From the NCBI GenBank assembly GCA_016930515.1, contig JAFGGO010000028.1, forward strand, positions 1 to 14,512: a stretch of 14,512 bases of DNA, written 5' to 3'. The notes under the pieces were generated by a model. The model made no database searches, had not been told where the DNA came from, and worked only from the letters and a program-made list of their open reading frames with translations. The number at the start of each line of letters is the position of its first letter. Positions within the stretch are counted from its first letter, which is position 1. Of this stretch, positions 1 through 8,787 are shown piece after piece. Origin of the DNA: Promethearchaeota archaeon (GTDB lineage Archaea > Asgardarchaeota > Lokiarchaeia > Sigyniarchaeales > SOKP01). A program made the position numbers and the translations under genes.

Positions 1-1
1 A

Positions 2-73
2 ACAAAAAATGTCGCTGTTATTAAAAATGCTGAAAGACTCTTAGAAATAATTTTAATAGAAATTGGTGATTGA
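2..73 (+). CDS. 3' end of an upstream gene of the same operon (partial; ...TKNVAVIKNAERLLEIILIEIGD*)
   Basis: Frame is open from the window edge to TGA 71-73. Its last codons contain GGTGA, an archaeal SD-like motif positioned for the next gene. Confidence 0.6.
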   Translation, partial: TKNVAVIKNAERLLEIILIEIGD

Positions 74-1195
74 ATCTTTAAAGTAAGCGAGTTTGTCGAT
101 AAAAATATCCTAGATATTAAGAAAAAGTCTCATGGCGGGGAAATTCATAATTATCCTAATTATAATTTAATCGATTTTAGTTCAAACATCAATCATTTGA
201 TACCCAAAAATATCTATAAGGATACCTTGGACGAAATTTCTAATCAAATTGCAAAATATCCCGACTCGAATTCGAATCGATTGAAAAAGACATTATGCTC
301 GTATTTTAAAGGAAAATTAGAACCAGAAAATATGATAGTAACTAATGGTTCGATGGAATTAATCTCTTTATTCGCGGATACCTTTATTCAAAAAAATAAC
401 AAGGTAGTGATTTACCAACCAAGTTTTTCTGAATATTATTGGGCCGTAAATAAAAGGAATGGGCGCGTGATCAATATATTTAGAGATCCATTAAAAGAAT
501 TTCAATTAAATCTGAATGAACTTGAAAAATCGCTTTCCTATAATCCACAATGCGTTTTTATTTCTAATCCAAACAATCCCAATGGATCTTTAGACGATAT
601 AAACATTATTGAGAAGTTTATATCGTTGGCTGAAGAAGAAAATATTTTAATATTCCTCGATGAGGCCTTTATCGATTTTACAGGAGAAACAAATTCCATT
701 ATCACAAAAGCGCGTAAATATAACAATTTATTAGTTGCGCGCTCGTTTACAAAGTTTTTTGGAATACCTGGTTTGAGAATTGGTTACGGTGGAGCTAATA
801 GTGAAATTATTGAATTATTGAAGAAATTTCAAATACCTTGGTCAGTCAATTGTTTTGCTCAGAACTTGGCAGAAAAATTGATAAAATCAAACGATTTTAT
901 TAATAAGAGCATTAATTTTTTTCAAAACGAGCGAGAATATGTTGTGAAAAAACTTAGTAATATAAAAAATCTCAAATTATATTCGTCTGATACGAATTTT
1001 CTCCTTATAAATACAGAAAAAACACATTTAGACTCTCAATTTCTTTTGAATGAATTAATAAAACACGATATATTAATAAGAAATTGTTCTAATTACGAGG
1101 GACTCGATAAATATTATATCAGAATTGCTATAAAGTCAAGAAATCATAACAATAAATTGATAAATATATTAGAGTCTCTAATCAAGCAATCCTAA
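74..1195 (+). CDS. cobD: L-threonine-O-3-phosphate decarboxylase (PLP class I/II aminotransferase fold, HisC/CobD family)
   Basis: Motifs NGSMELI, NPNNPNG, DEAF, RSFTKFFGIPGLRIGY (PLP lysine) and IRIA. The family N-terminal motif HGG...DFSSNIN is encoded in frame upstream of the ORF-track TTG at 197, so the true start is near 74. Cob operon context favours CobD over HisC. Confidence 0.85.
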   Translation: MFKVSEFVDKNILDIKKKSHGGEIHNYPNYNLIDFSSNINHLIPKNIYKDTLDEISNQIAKYPDSNSNRLKKTLCSYFKGKLEPENMIVTNGSMELISLFADTFIQKNNKVVIYQPSFSEYYWAVNKRNGRVINIFRDPLKEFQLNLNELEKSLSYNPQCVFISNPNNPNGSLDDINIIEKFISLAEEENILIFLDEAFIDFTGETNSIITKARKYNNLLVARSFTKFFGIPGLRIGYGGANSEIIELLKKFQIPWSVNCFAQNLAEKLIKSNDFINKSINFFQNEREYVVKKLSNIKNLKLYSSDTNFLLINTEKTHLDSQFLLNELIKHDILIRNCSNYEGLDKYYIRIAIKSRNHNNKLINILESLIKQS

Positions 1196-1216
1196 TTAAA
1201 ATAAGAGATATAAAAA

Positions 1217-1561
1217 ATGCATGAAAAAGGTAGGATGTTAATCAAAAAAGCAATGAAAGTGGGAAAACTATCTGGTCTTGATAGCGATTGCAATTACTTG
1301 CCATGCCACGATGCAATACAGGATTGTACCTTTTGTTATTGTCCGTTTTACCCGTGTAACGACCCAGATGTGGGTGGGCGCGAAATAATTAGCTCGCGTA
1401 CCGGTCAGTCCGTTTGGTCTTGTTCGCAATGTACATTTAACCACGAAGCTAAAAATGCTGAAAAAATTCTTGATGGATTGATAAAACTCAACGAAGATTT
1501 TAACTTGATTAGCAGGAAAGAATTATTATCCCTGAAAAAAAGAATAATTGAAGGATGGTGA
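1217..1561 (+). CDS. Cysteine-rich small domain protein (zf-like, cobalamin-operon associated metal-binding domain)
   Basis: Pattern CNYLPCH...DCTFCYCPFYPC...VWSCSQC...H matches the Cys-rich small domain family. Its stop overlaps the cbiP start. Confidence 0.85.
   Translation: MHEKGRMLIKKAMKVGKLSGLDSDCNYLPCHDAIQDCTFCYCPFYPCNDPDVGGREIISSRTGQSVWSCSQCTFNHEAKNAEKILDGLIKLNEDFNLISRKELLSLKKRIIEGW
1276..1443 (+). repeat. Inverted repeat arm 1 (partner 6589-6755)
   Basis: Hand alignment: 168 vs 167 nt, about 10 differences including one indel; 1375-1430 is a 56-nt perfect match. Confidence 0.9.
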
Positions 1562-3075
1562 TTAATCTGGAAAAGTGTAAAACTATAATGATACAAGGAA
1601 CGGCTTCGCACGCCGGTAAGTCTTTAATGGCTACGGCCTTATGTAGGATTTTTAGTGACATGGGTTATAAGGTTGCGCCATTTAAGTCTCAAAACATGTC
1701 TTTAAATTCTTGTGTGAACGAAAGTGGAGATGAAATTGCACGATCTCAAATAGTTCAAGCCATGGCGGCAAGAGTAAAACCTATCGCAGAACACAATCCC
1801 ATATTATTAAAACCTAAAAGCGATAATTCATCGCAGATAATTTTAATGGGAAAATTATATGCCGATTATACCGTAAAAGAATATTATAAAACATATATCC
1901 CTCAATTAATCCCCCATATCCACGAGTCGTTAGAGAAATTGAAGAGAAATAACGATATAATAGTAATTGAGGGCGCTGGAAGCCCCGCAGAAATTAATAT
2001 TATGGATGGAGAGATCGCTAATATGTATGTAGCAAAATACTTGAAAGCTCCAGTTTTATTATGTTCTGATATAGATAGGGGAGGTGTATTCGCTTCAATT
2101 TATGGAACGATAAAACTACTCAAGCAAGAGGAACAAGATTTGATTAAGTTTTTCGTTATTAATAAATTTCGAGGCAATTTAGATCTTTTAACAGATGGTA
2201 TTAAGCAAATAGAGCGATTAGTGGGCAAAAAATGCTTGGGAGTCGTGCCCTTCATTCAAGATTTAAGAATTCCTGCCGAAGATTCAGTATCTTTAGAGGA
2301 TAAGCGATCACAGGGCATTATAAAAATAAAAGTCATTCAACTTCCAAGAATTTCGAACTTTAATGATTTTGAAGCCTTAGAATGGGAACCAGAAGTGCAT
2401 CTATCCTACACTTCCAATCCGGATGATTTGAAGGATTGTGACCTTATTATAATACCAGGTACGAAAAATACCATAAATGACTTATCATGGATGAAGCAAA
2501 AGGGATTTTTTTCAAAATTACGAGATTTAAAGGAATCAGGAAAAATTATTGTTGGCATTTGTGGAGGATATCAAATTTTAGGAGAAAAAATTATTGATAA
2601 TGCTATAGAAGGAGATCTTGATAAAGAATTTTCTGGACTGGGATTTCTTCCAATTAAAACGGAGTTTAAAGCTTATAAAAAGACAACAAGACAAGTAATT
2701 TCACGAATGATTGGTTTTCCTCAATTTAATGGATTATTAATTGAAGGCTACGAAATTCATATGGGAGAAATAACCTACTTGAGCAACGCACATCCTTTAT
2801 TACAGATCGAGGGAGAACTTAACGCAAACAAGGAGTTTGATGGGGCTATAAACGAAACTCATAATGTGTTTGGGAGTTTTATACACGATTTCTGGAATAA
2901 CAATGAATTTAGGAAGAAATTTATCCAATTTTTAGCCTCTAGAAATAATTATAAAAATGTTAAGGTGGAAAGCAAGAGTTATCAAGAGATTGTTGAGTTC
3001 AATATTGAAAAGCTAGCTAATAGCGTTAGAAATAATATAGATATGAAAGCCCTTCTTACAGAACTAGGAATATAG
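1555..3075 (+). CDS. cobQ: Cobyric acid synthase (adenosylcobyric acid synthase, glutamine-hydrolysing)
   Basis: QGTASHAGKS P-loop, VAPFKSQNMSLNS, NPILLKP, EGAGSPAEIN, DIDRGGVFA, INKFRG, PRISNF, PGTKNT, GICGGYQ (GATase Cys), GYEIHMG. Also called CbiP. Confidence 0.97.
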   Translation: MVINLEKCKTIMIQGTASHAGKSLMATALCRIFSDMGYKVAPFKSQNMSLNSCVNESGDEIARSQIVQAMAARVKPIAEHNPILLKPKSDNSSQIILMGKLYADYTVKEYYKTYIPQLIPHIHESLEKLKRNNDIIVIEGAGSPAEINIMDGEIANMYVAKYLKAPVLLCSDIDRGGVFASIYGTIKLLKQEEQDLIKFFVINKFRGNLDLLTDGIKQIERLVGKKCLGVVPFIQDLRIPAEDSVSLEDKRSQGIIKIKVIQLPRISNFNDFEALEWEPEVHLSYTSNPDDLKDCDLIIIPGTKNTINDLSWMKQKGFFSKLRDLKESGKIIVGICGGYQILGEKIIDNAIEGDLDKEFSGLGFLPIKTEFKAYKKTTRQVISRMIGFPQFNGLLIEGYEIHMGEITYLSNAHPLLQIEGELNANKEFDGAINETHNVFGSFIHDFWNNNEFRKKFIQFLASRNNYKNVKVESKSYQEIVEFNIEKLANSVRNNIDMKALLTELGI

Positions 3076-3084
3076 GTGGATAAA

Positions 3085-4161
3085 ATGAACACCACATTGT
3101 TTTGGAATAATTTTTGGATCATAACAGTTTTAACTCTGCTTTTTAGTTTTATAATAGATGTAATAATGGGAGATCCTAAGACCAAATATCACCCCGTAAT
3201 GATAATAGGAAAAACAATATCTCGTTTAAAATCTAAGTTGAGAACAGGAAAAGCAAGGCTCGATAAGTTTTTAGGAGTCCTAATGCTAATTTTAATAATT
3301 TTAATATTTTGTTCGCCGATTTTATTATTGCAAGGAATAATATGTGAAACTACGAGCTTGATAATCCAAATTAATGAGATATTATCAATAATTACCATCA
3401 TATTATTTTCTTTTTTTTCAGGATTTTTGCTCAAATGGACATTCGGCCTTAAATCGTTAGGTCAGGCAACTATACCAATTGGTGATACCTTATTAAAAGG
3501 AGACTTGGAAGAGGCAAGAAGCCGTCTTTCCTATATAGTAAGAAGAGATGCGCGCCAATTATCTGTAAAACACATTATTTCAGCCACAGTAGAGTGTATT
3601 GCTGAAAGCAGCACTGATGGTTCCACTAGCGTAATATGGTTTTATTTAATGGGAAATGCGGTGGGCGCCATTGTTTTTATTTTTATCAATCAAAATATTT
3701 TCTGGTTATTCCTCGGAATTCCCTCTGCTTATGCTTATAGAGTAATCAATACTGCCGATAGCGTTGTGGGCTATAAAGACGAAGAGAATATAAACATTGG
3801 GTATTTCTCAGCGAGGATGGACGATATTTCTAATTACATTCCAACTCGTCTTACGGTATTATGCATGCTTGTAGTCGGAAAGGTCATGAGGAAGGATATT
3901 AAGAACGCTTGGAGCGTGCTCAGGGCCGATCGTAAAAGCATGGAAAGTCCAAACGCAGGTTGGACCATAGGCGCAATGGCTGGATTATTAGGCATACAAT
4001 TAGAAAAAATAGGTCATTATATACTTGGTAATCCCAAGCGAGAGCTCGAAGTGAAAGACATTAAAACCTCGTTTAAAATAGTCGTATTGAGCGTGTTATT
4101 ATTCAATGCTCTTGTTTTTATAATGGTGTTTATCGTGATATTTTTAGTGAGAACGATATAA
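3085..4161 (+). CDS. cbiB: Adenosylcobinamide-phosphate synthase (CobD/CbiB family membrane protein)
   Basis: GDP...HPV, AR.RLSYIVRRD, ECIAE.S.DG, YRVINTADSVVGYK, ARMDDI.NYIPTRL, SPNAGW, A..LGIQLEK.G.Y.LG. ATG 3085 is preferred over GTG 3076 because AGGTGG lies 5 nt before it. Confidence 0.93.
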   Translation: MNTTLFWNNFWIITVLTLLFSFIIDVIMGDPKTKYHPVMIIGKTISRLKSKLRTGKARLDKFLGVLMLILIILIFCSPILLLQGIICETTSLIIQINEILSIITIILFSFFSGFLLKWTFGLKSLGQATIPIGDTLLKGDLEEARSRLSYIVRRDARQLSVKHIISATVECIAESSTDGSTSVIWFYLMGNAVGAIVFIFINQNIFWLFLGIPSAYAYRVINTADSVVGYKDEENINIGYFSARMDDISNYIPTRLTVLCMLVVGKVMRKDIKNAWSVLRADRKSMESPNAGWTIGAMAGLLGIQLEKIGHYILGNPKRELEVKDIKTSFKIVVLSVLLFNALVFIMVFIVIFLVRTI

Positions 4162-4179
4162 GGGAGGTATATTGAATAT

Positions 4180-4872
4180 TTGACAATAAACAAGTTTGAA
4201 AGCAAAATCAGAGATTTAACGATATCAATGGACAAGAAAAACATCGTATTTAATTCAAAAAGAGAGATGCAATGCATTAGTAACGCCGCTGTAAACGGAG
4301 GACGAATAAAGGCTCACTCAATTGTAAATCACCATGTCAAATTAGATTTCAACTTCACGAGCCTCGAAAACATTTTCGAACCCATTCAAAAAAAATACAA
4401 TTTAATTGAACCTACAATTGGTTTGTTAACAGCAGTTAAAATGGAAGAAGCAGTCTTAATTAACGAAAAAATCGACAATATTAATTTTACTGTTGTATTA
4501 ACGGCCGGACTTTCGAACTCAATAGCCCCTTTTGATTGCGAAGGTGTAAATAACGATTATAAGCACGAGAAAAACTATAAACCAGGAACAATAAATATCA
4601 TAATTCTTTTTGATTGCAAGTTAACAGAATACGCATTGGTAAACTTAATTATCACTCTCACGGAAGCAAAGACTTTATTGTTAAGTAAATATAACATCCG
4701 AACTTCTAACAATAACCAAGCCACGGGCACTTCCACCGACACGATTACGATTGGATATCTTGGAAATATTCCTTTAGTCAAATGGACGGGATATTCTACG
4801 AAATTTGGCCAATACGTGGGAAAAACCGTGTATAGTTGTCTTGAAAAAGCCATTAGAAAGTGGAGAGATTAA
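4180..4872 (+). CDS. cbiZ: Adenosylcobinamide amidohydrolase
   Basis: SNA.VNGG, GLLTAV, TAGLSN, GTINII, TEAK and ATGTSTD motifs. TTG start with GGAGGT at 4163-4168. Confidence 0.92.
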   Translation: MTINKFESKIRDLTISMDKKNIVFNSKREMQCISNAAVNGGRIKAHSIVNHHVKLDFNFTSLENIFEPIQKKYNLIEPTIGLLTAVKMEEAVLINEKIDNINFTVVLTAGLSNSIAPFDCEGVNNDYKHEKNYKPGTINIIILFDCKLTEYALVNLIITLTEAKTLLLSKYNIRTSNNNQATGTSTDTITIGYLGNIPLVKWTGYSTKFGQYVGKTVYSCLEKAIRKWRD

Positions 4873-4873
4873 C

Positions 4874-5722
4874 ATGGCTGTTTTTAAAGGTCTAAAAAAT
4901 TGCATTGCTTTTTTAACAAGAATTCCAATAAAAAAGGAAGTTGATATAATTCAAAATATCGCTACAAAAACATGGTTGTTTCCAGCAGTTGGATTTCTGA
5001 TCGGTCTTATTTCGAGCTTAATTGGCACGATATTATTTAATTTGCTTCCAAACCTCATCGTGGGATTTATGCTATTAGGTTCCATATTATTTGTATCGGG
5101 TGCTCATCATCTAGATGGCTTGATAGATTTTGGAGATGGGTTAATGGCTATGGGTCCTCAAGATCACAAAATTAAGGTAATGCACGATGTTTCAATTGGA
5201 GCTGGTGGGTTTTCGCTTGGATTAATTGTAATGATCTTAACAGGATTGAGTTTAGGATGTTTGAAAGATCTCCTAATTATTGCATTCATTTTAAGTGAAG
5301 TCGTTGCAAAATTGAACATTGTTGCTGCTTGTTCGATTGGAAAATCTGCGGGTACACCTATGGCAGAGCCGTTTATCGCTCAAACCAACAAGAAGCACTT
5401 GATAGTCTCTGCGTTGCTTTCCATTTTTTTGATTACATTTTCAGTAATGCTTCAGAATTTTAATTCTCTTTCATATAAAAAATTTCCCGGACTGAGCATA
5501 TTGATTACCCAAACAAATTTTCTTGATATAACATTCTTCAATATTTTCATTTTAATAATTATTCTAGCAATTTCTTCAATAATTCCCCTCTTAATAACGA
5601 TTAAACTTGCAAACAAGCATTTTAACGGGCTTACGGGAGATTGTTTAGGGGCATTAAACGAAATCACTAGAATGTTTTCGTTAATCGTTTTTATATCATT
5701 TATGGAAGCAGGCTTGATTTAA
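4874..5722 (+). CDS. cobS: Adenosylcobinamide-GDP ribazoletransferase (cobalamin 5'-phosphate synthase)
   Basis: FLTRIP, FPAVG, GAHHLDGLIDFGDGL, MHD..IGAGG, GLTGDCLGA.NE. The start is the ATG at 4874, just after the cbiZ stop, not the TTG at 4805. Confidence 0.95.
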   Translation: MAVFKGLKNCIAFLTRIPIKKEVDIIQNIATKTWLFPAVGFLIGLISSLIGTILFNLLPNLIVGFMLLGSILFVSGAHHLDGLIDFGDGLMAMGPQDHKIKVMHDVSIGAGGFSLGLIVMILTGLSLGCLKDLLIIAFILSEVVAKLNIVAACSIGKSAGTPMAEPFIAQTNKKHLIVSALLSIFLITFSVMLQNFNSLSYKKFPGLSILITQTNFLDITFFNIFILIIILAISSIIPLLITIKLANKHFNGLTGDCLGALNEITRMFSLIVFISFMEAGLI

Positions 5723-5737
5723 AAAAGAGGAAAATTA

Positions 5738-6382
5738 ATGAAAGTTACAGCAATTATAATGGCTGGAGGAAAAGGAAGTCGTTTTGATTACAAGAAAGCT
5801 CAATTTCCACACCAAGAAAAATTATTGCTCAAGCTTGGATCGAGGGTGATCATTGAAAGAGTTGCCGATGCCCTCAAGAAAGTAAGAAAAATTAATAAAA
5901 TTATATTTGCAGTATCTCCAAACTCACCTAAAACAAAGCAACTCATTTACAAGAAATATTCTAAAAATAAAATCATAGATACAAGTGGTATTGGATATCA
6001 CGAAGACCTCCAAGAAGTCTTTAGAAAAGAAAATTTAGCAACTACTTTAATTATTAATGGAGATATTCCATTAATTAAGCCTGAAATAATTGACGAAATT
6101 ATTGAGATTTATGTAAAGCTGAATAAACCCGCTCTTTCCGTAATGGCAAAAGCTAACTGTTTTGCCTTACATAATTTAACACCTACATCGTTATTAAAAT
6201 CCGAGCAAAATAAATGTTCATTAGTCCCTCTGGGAATAAATATGATAAACGGTAATTATATTAAGGATCAAGAGATCGAACAAGCAATATACATTACCAA
6301 TAGAATAGAATTATTTTACAACATAAACACTTTCGACGATTATATGGAATTATTAAGCTTTTTCGACGATCAAAAGAATTAA
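5738..6382 (+). CDS. cobY: GTP:adenosylcobinamide-phosphate guanylyltransferase (NTP transferase family)
   Basis: AIIMAGGKGSRF, EK.LL, AVSPNSPKT, T.G.GYHEDL, GDIPLI, G.N, NINT..D. Directly follows cobS. Confidence 0.9.
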   Translation: MKVTAIIMAGGKGSRFDYKKAQFPHQEKLLLKLGSRVIIERVADALKKVRKINKIIFAVSPNSPKTKQLIYKKYSKNKIIDTSGIGYHEDLQEVFRKENLATTLIINGDIPLIKPEIIDEIIEIYVKLNKPALSVMAKANCFALHNLTPTSLLKSEQNKCSLVPLGINMINGNYIKDQEIEQAIYITNRIELFYNINTFDDYMELLSFFDDQKN

Positions 6383-6437
6383 GATACTAAGGGTGATTAT
6401 TATAAGCTACTTCCCATATGGACGAAATGATGTTTTC

Positions 6438-6816
6438 TTAATGAAGAATATCTGATATTTCTTTTTCTTTACAAAGTACTCTTACAATTTTTTCTCTTAG
6501 ATTTAATAATTGTTTTCGGGTAATTGAATCAAAATCCTCGTTCAATTCCAATAAACCTTTCAAAATTTTTCGAGCGTTCCCCGTCTTATGGTTAAATCTA
6601 TATTGCGAACAAGACCAAACGGACTGACCGGTACGCGAGCTAATTATTTCGCGCCCAACCACATCTGGCTCGTTGCACGGGTAAAACGGATAGAAACAAA
6701 GGTACAATCCTGTATTGCACCGTGGCATGGCAAGTAATTGCAATCGCTATCAAGATCCGTGATTTTTTTTTTGCTTTAATTGCTTTTTTAATGAGCATTC
6801 TATCTTTCTCGTGCAT
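6438..6816 (-). pseudogene. Frameshifted paralogue of the Cys-rich small domain gene at 1217-1561
   Basis: Begins MHEKDRMLIKKA at 6816 (MHEKGRMLIKKA in the intact copy). An A10 run where A8 would keep frame, a 1-nt deletion in a T run, and two Cys-to-Tyr changes (CYC to CFY, CSQC to CSQY). Confidence 0.85.
6589..6755 (-). repeat. Inverted repeat arm 2 (partner 1276-1443)
   Basis: Reverse complement of 1276-1443 at about 94% identity. Confidence 0.9.
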
Positions 6817-6933
6817 TACAAATCACATGAATTTAGACTGTAAATATATAATAAACATAGTTCTCCATTCAATTTAAGCGGATTAAATAAATAATAATCG
6901 CAAAGATATGTACTCAATTGATCGTCTAAAGAA

Positions 6934-7344
6934 TTACAATTCCTTCCAAACGATAAAATCGTTATCGTTTAACGCATAATCGTCAGATGCAACGGGAGGT
7001 TGAGAACCGTTTACGGAAAATACCCACCCGTTTCCATATACTCCGTTTATTGCTTCAACATATATTACCGTATTGATTGACCCTTTATAGATAACATCAC
7101 ACCAAAGGTCTAAAGCGTGAAAAACTGTGGTTTCATGATTCTTCAAGGAAAAATCAAACCAGTTTAAATCTTCGTTTGTTTTAAAGTCAATTCTCAAGCT
7201 AATACCGTTGACTTCTTCTTTTAAACCAGGATTTTGGGTCGCTGAAGGGTTGTTTGTAACTAAATAATTTACGATAATAAGCGTTGAAAAAGAGACAATT
7301 GCTAGTATTATTATTATCAGATATTTCAAGCTTTTTTTATTCAT
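6934..7344 (-). CDS. Membrane-anchored DUF4430 / transcobalamin-like C-terminal domain protein (putative corrinoid binding)
   Basis: N-terminal TM helix, then TVFHAL, YVEAINGV, W.F.VNG...PVASDDY.L.D.D.I.W, the beta-grasp pattern of DUF4430. Confidence 0.8.
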   Translation of the reverse strand: MNKKSLKYLIIIILAIVSFSTLIIVNYLVTNNPSATQNPGLKEEVNGISLRIDFKTNEDLNWFDFSLKNHETTVFHALDLWCDVIYKGSINTVIYVEAINGVYGNGWVFSVNGSQPPVASDDYALNDNDFIVWKEL

Positions 7345-7361
7345 TTTACATCAATCTCAAT

Positions 7362-7377
7362 AAAAAAAAAGAAAAAA
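7362..7377 (-). terminator. Oligo-T tract, archaeal-type terminator candidate after the 448-aa gene
   Basis: TTTTTTCTTTTTTTTT on the minus strand about 10 nt after the stop codon. Confidence 0.45.
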
Positions 7378-7386
7378 TTAGTATTA

Positions 7387-8733
7387 TTATTTGTTCAATT
7401 TCTTTTGATACCTCATCACGAATACAATGGAGAGTGCTCCGATAATTCCAATAACAGCAAGTATTGGAAATGAGGGCACGGAATCTAATATGTTTTCGGG
7501 ATGATACACATCCAAGATGGACATTTCCAAGCTATAATCTCCAACAACAGTTTGGACCCATTGAAGTAGTCCAGTGTATTTATCGTAGATTAAAGAAGTT
7601 GATTGGAATCCACTCGATTGTTCAAAGCTGATATGTATCGTCAAGTTCGTATATTGGATAGAAACTGTTCCAGCGAAATAACCTTCGTTCTGATCTTGCG
7701 CTTGCTGAGCAACCTGCGTGAGATTGTTCACATCGAGGAAAAAACCAGAAGTGAAATTGTAATATCCTATAGCGAGAGCGTAGGCAGCTTCCGAATTAGA
7801 AACATTGTTAAAGGTCATTATCTCGAAACTATTAGTTATATTTTCCACGAATGTAATGTTAATAAAAGGGACTGCCCCTTCAAATGGAGAAGGATCGAGC
7901 GTTTCTTTATCGAAAAAATCGTTAACATTCACTATCACAAGGCCACCTGGATTTGTGGAATAGTTTCCTCTCGATCCTACCATCCAATCGTAGCCCCACC
8001 ATTCGGATTCTCCTCCGAAATCGTGAACATTGTAGATAAAAGGATCGCTATAATCAAAAGTATAATTCGTGAGAAACATGTCAAGCTGATAATTCCCAGC
8101 ACTCGTCCAAGCCCTTACCAACAAGCCTGTCTTCTTGTCGTAGATCAATTGGGTCGATTGAGGGAGGAATCCAGAGGTCTTAAAATGGAAGTATATTAAA
8201 GAATATGTTTCTTCGACTGAGAGAATAACATCCTCTCCCTCTGCGGCTATTTCTGCCATTTCAATCAAGCCTTCATAATCGTTGTTAGGTACAAGGAATC
8301 CTGAAATAAAACCGTTCCAATACCCTAGTGTCATTTGACTCTGTGCTTCACTGTTCGAACAATTTAATCTCGTCAAGTTTGCGGTCGTTTCTCCCGCTTT
8401 ATACACCCTCACATCCATCCAAGACATGTTAGAGCTGGGAAAGATATCCCCCCAATCGTTCGGGTCCTTGCCGTAAAATCCAGTAAAATTAACCTTAATT
8501 TGTCCGCCCTTATTTGTGGACCAATTTGAAATCGGAGTCGAGAAAGCCCACCACTCAGCAACGCCTCCAAAAGCCGTCACGTTATAAACATACTCTTGTC
8601 CGATTGCAATATCTTGCGAATACTCTGGAGGGATTGTTGAAGCGGCTTTCGCAAAAGGAATCGATCCAAACGCTACGATGGCAAGCAATATCGAACTGAG
8701 AAACAATCCAGTTAGTTTTGTTTTGTTTTTCAT
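7387..8733 (-). CDS. Secreted, C-terminally anchored surface glycoprotein with two ~175-aa repeated domains
   Basis: Signal peptide ending AKA|A; repeats at aa 48-221 and 232-407; about 14 N-x-S/T sequons; C-terminal VPSF + hydrophobic helix + basic tail, resembling PGF/PEF-type archaeal sorting signals. Confidence 0.85.
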   Translation of the reverse strand: MKNKTKLTGLFLSSILLAIVAFGSIPFAKAASTIPPEYSQDIAIGQEYVYNVTAFGGVAEWWAFSTPISNWSTNKGGQIKVNFTGFYGKDPNDWGDIFPSSNMSWMDVRVYKAGETTANLTRLNCSNSEAQSQMTLGYWNGFISGFLVPNNDYEGLIEMAEIAAEGEDVILSVEETYSLIYFHFKTSGFLPQSTQLIYDKKTGLLVRAWTSAGNYQLDMFLTNYTFDYSDPFIYNVHDFGGESEWWGYDWMVGSRGNYSTNPGGLVIVNVNDFFDKETLDPSPFEGAVPFINITFVENITNSFEIMTFNNVSNSEAAYALAIGYYNFTSGFFLDVNNLTQVAQQAQDQNEGYFAGTVSIQYTNLTIHISFEQSSGFQSTSLIYDKYTGLLQWVQTVVGDYSLEMSILDVYHPENILDSVPSFPILAVIGIIGALSIVFVMRYQKKLNK

Positions 8734-8787
8734 CTTTTTTCGTGTTTATGTGATTTATAATTTATTATTACATGAGAGAAAAACGAA

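Noticed and set aside
71-73. TGA as selenocysteine
   Set aside because: Not at a redox or Cys-like position, and no SECIS-like element was recognised; an ordinary stop overlapping an SD is simpler.
6263-6272. 10-nt match (AAGGATCAAG) between the hairpin loop and cobY as an sRNA target
   Set aside because: A match this long is plausible by chance in 14.5 kb, and it lies deep in the CDS.
6438-6743. 101-aa ORF as an intact gene
   Set aside because: Its first ~14 residues are out-of-frame read-in upstream of a frameshift; it is part of the pseudogene.
1276-6755. Paralogue pair as a DGR template/variable repeat
   Set aside because: Mismatches are not adenine-specific, include an indel, and no reverse transcriptase is present.
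7603-8199. 198-aa + strand ORF
   Set aside because: Antisense shadow of the surface protein gene, with no recognisable motifs.
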